Positions 40,148 through 41,282 of a stretch of DNA of 41,282 bases are shown one piece after another. The stretch is from Patescibacteria group bacterium. GTDB taxonomy: Bacteria; Patescibacteriota; WWE3; UBA101185; UBA10185. The stretch's first letter is position 1. The number at the start of each line of letters is the position of its first letter. The notes beneath the pieces are model-generated. The model ran no database searches, had not been told where the DNA came from, and saw nothing but the letters and a program-made list of their open reading frames with translations. The translations under genes and the position numbers were made by a program. The DNA lies in NCBI GenBank assembly GCA_019428825.1, contig JAHYJU010000002.1, positions 1 through 41,282 on the forward strand, given 5' to 3'.

Positions 40148-40702
40148 ATGAAAAAAACCAACAACTTAATTAAATATTTAACAGGTCTTTTAACAGTTGT
40201 AGGTATGAGATTGATACCCCACCCCCCAAATGTAGAACCGATAATGTCTACAATGATGCCTTTCTCCAAAAAATGGGGTTGGTTAAGCGGGATGTTATTC
40301 TGCCTTATATCGGTAGTCCTTTTTGATGTCCTATCAGGCATAATTGGCGTTTGGACATTAGTAACAGCAGGTACCTACTCACTAGTCGGAGCTTTTTCAG
40401 GTCTTTATTTTAAAAATAGGGAAAGTAAGATAAAAAACTATGTAAAATTTTCGATTATTGCCACCATATTCTATGATGCAGTAACGGGAATAGGTATGGG
40501 GATGTTGTTTTTTAATCAATCTTTTATTACTACTTTTTTAGGTCAAATTCCATTTACACTTTATCATTTAACAGGAAATATTCTGTTAGCAATAATAGTT
40601 TCCCCGGCTTTATATAAAAGGGTAGTAAATAATCCAAATTTTGAAACAAACCAAGTTTTTAACAAAATACTCCCAGTTTTTCAAAAGAATACCAATCGAT
40701 AA
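40148..40702 (+). CDS. small polytopic membrane protein, possibly an ECF-type substrate-capture (S) component / DUF6580-like
   Basis: 184 aa with about 5-6 TM helices. The N-terminal RLIPHPPNVEPI motif recalls vitamin-transporter S-component-like families (from memory, weak). Confidence 0.35.
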   Translation: MKKTNNLIKYLTGLLTVVGMRLIPHPPNVEPIMSTMMPFSKKWGWLSGMLFCLISVVLFDVLSGIIGVWTLVTAGTYSLVGAFSGLYFKNRESKIKNYVKFSIIATIFYDAVTGIGMGMLFFNQSFITTFLGQIPFTLYHLTGNILLAIIVSPALYKRVVNNPNFETNQVFNKILPVFQKNTNR

Positions 40703-40828
40703 TACATTTTTAATTTTTAGAGACCTGATCTCAAAATATCCAACGCTTTTAAAAAGTATCCTGTAGTAGTTGCTATCTGCAAGAAAAAGGGTTATAATTC
40801 AACAAAACTATCATGAAAAGGAGAAGAG

Positions 40829-41113
40829 ATGGGCAATTACTTCGGCGGTTTATTCGCCATCTTGATGTATTCCAACTGCTGTTTTTCCGCTATTATTGTT
40901 GTCTTTTTGGCAATTCTAGCAATTAAATCAGCTAAAGGTAGAGAGGTATTACCTATACTAAGGTTTTTGAGCATTTTGTTAATCATAAGTTCAGTAATAT
41001 CCTTAGTGAAGCTCTTAATATTAGGACTTCAATCGTCCTTTCTGGAGCTAATAATAAATCTAATTCTTCTTTTTCTATTTATAGGATTTATTAAGAAGAA
41101 AAAGGATAAATAG
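40829..41113 (+). CDS. hypothetical small membrane protein
   Basis: 94 aa with three hydrophobic helices. GGAG lies 8 nt upstream of the ATG. No recognisable family. Confidence 0.4.
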   Translation: MGNYFGGLFAILMYSNCCFSAIIVVFLAILAIKSAKGREVLPILRFLSILLIISSVISLVKLLILGLQSSFLELIINLILLFLFIGFIKKKKDK

Positions 41114-41119
41114 ACAAAC

Positions 41120-41159
41120 ACAGCACTATTGTTAAAAAAACAAAAGTGCTGTATTTTTT
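41120..41159 (+). terminator. possible intrinsic terminator
   Basis: ACAGCAC (41120-41126) pairs with GTGCTGT (41146-41152) over an A-rich loop, followed by ATTTTTT. Confidence 0.4.
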
Positions 41160-41214
41160 AAATAATTTATTAAAAATTGTATATATTTTGTGTAAAAAAC
41201 TATATAATTTCCTC

Positions 41215-41282
41215 ATGGCAAGTTTTTATTTATTCCTTAGAAGAAATACAACTGCACTGATGCTTGCAATTATTACTTGTTT
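41215..41282 (+). CDS. 5' end of a hypothetical membrane protein, truncated by window edge
   Basis: ATG at 41215 lies 6 nt after a TATAAT (41203-41208). It reads MASFYLFLRRNTTALMLAIITC. Only 22 codons are visible. Confidence 0.25.
   Translation, partial: MASFYLFLRRNTTALMLAIITC

Noticed and set aside
40048-40341. 97-aa minus-strand ORF overlapping the start of the transporter gene
   Set aside because: It is antisense to a coherent multi-TM ORF that has a proper ATG. It has no motif, and half of it lies in the ORF-free AT-rich region.
1-41282. Alternative genetic code (UGA recoding, as in some candidate phyla)
   Set aside because: Conserved proteins (GroEL, FtsH, AlaRS, DnaN) are full length under code 11. 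TGA terminates well-defined genes (rnpA at 872-874, vapC at 35315-35317, tatD at 26939-26941). No in-frame TGA interruptions were seen.

Overview
AT-rich, gene-dense bacterial chromosome segment using the standard genetic code (TGA is used as a stop). The gene content suggests a small-genome Patescibacteria/CPR-type organism; this is an inference, not a database result. The supporting content is a short AlaRS, DUF4012, PEGA and O-antigen-ligase/TPR envelope proteins, and a chromosomal PrgI/VirB4 module.

Layout:
- 1-3451: core block with a tRNA-binding protein, then rpmH-rnpA-yidD-yidC-jag-dnaN all on the + strand, with no dnaA.
- 3448-8401 (-): compact T4SS-derived module behind its own promoter. 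It has a PrgI/VirB3-like membrane protein fused to a coiled coil and a beta-sandwich, a 233-aa protein that looks like a detached VirB4 N-domain, and a VirB4-type ATPase with a roughly 250-aa low-complexity tail.
- 8438-12270: envelope genes (SDR epimerase fused to DUF4012, Wzz-like).
- 12276-17992: RNase HI, a Pol-beta-type nucleotidyltransferase, hsp20 with a CIRCE-like operator, groES/groEL and a short alaS.
- 18062-22137: PEGA/SH3b protein, O-antigen-ligase-like/TPR protein and two small membrane proteins.
- 22154-29612 (-): long co-directional string of ftsH, tatD, processive-type GT2, MraY/WecA-type GT4, an aspartate-less OmpR-type regulator and a DPPR-synthase-like UbiA prenyltransferase.
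- 30466-37750: accessory and rearranged zone built around four tRNA genes: Met-CAU, initiator-like CAU, Ile-UAU and Asn-GUU. It holds a Xer-like recombinase with two catalytic-residue substitutions, a 122-bp direct repeat flanking a 332-aa orphan gene, a holin-4_2-like protein and a VapBC pair. It also holds many exact tRNA-gene fragments, a recurring GC-rich 11-mer (TCGCTNCGCTC), tRNA-like hairpin chimeras and a perfect 3 x 49-bp tandem repeat.
- 37836-41282: APH-like kinase, a frameshifted tsaC/yrdC, a 600-bp ORF-free region and small membrane proteins.

The two most unusual things are the stripped-down chromosomal VirB3/VirB4-like module and the tRNA-fragment plus GC-rich hairpin mosaics at the tRNA-Ile and tRNA-Asn loci.
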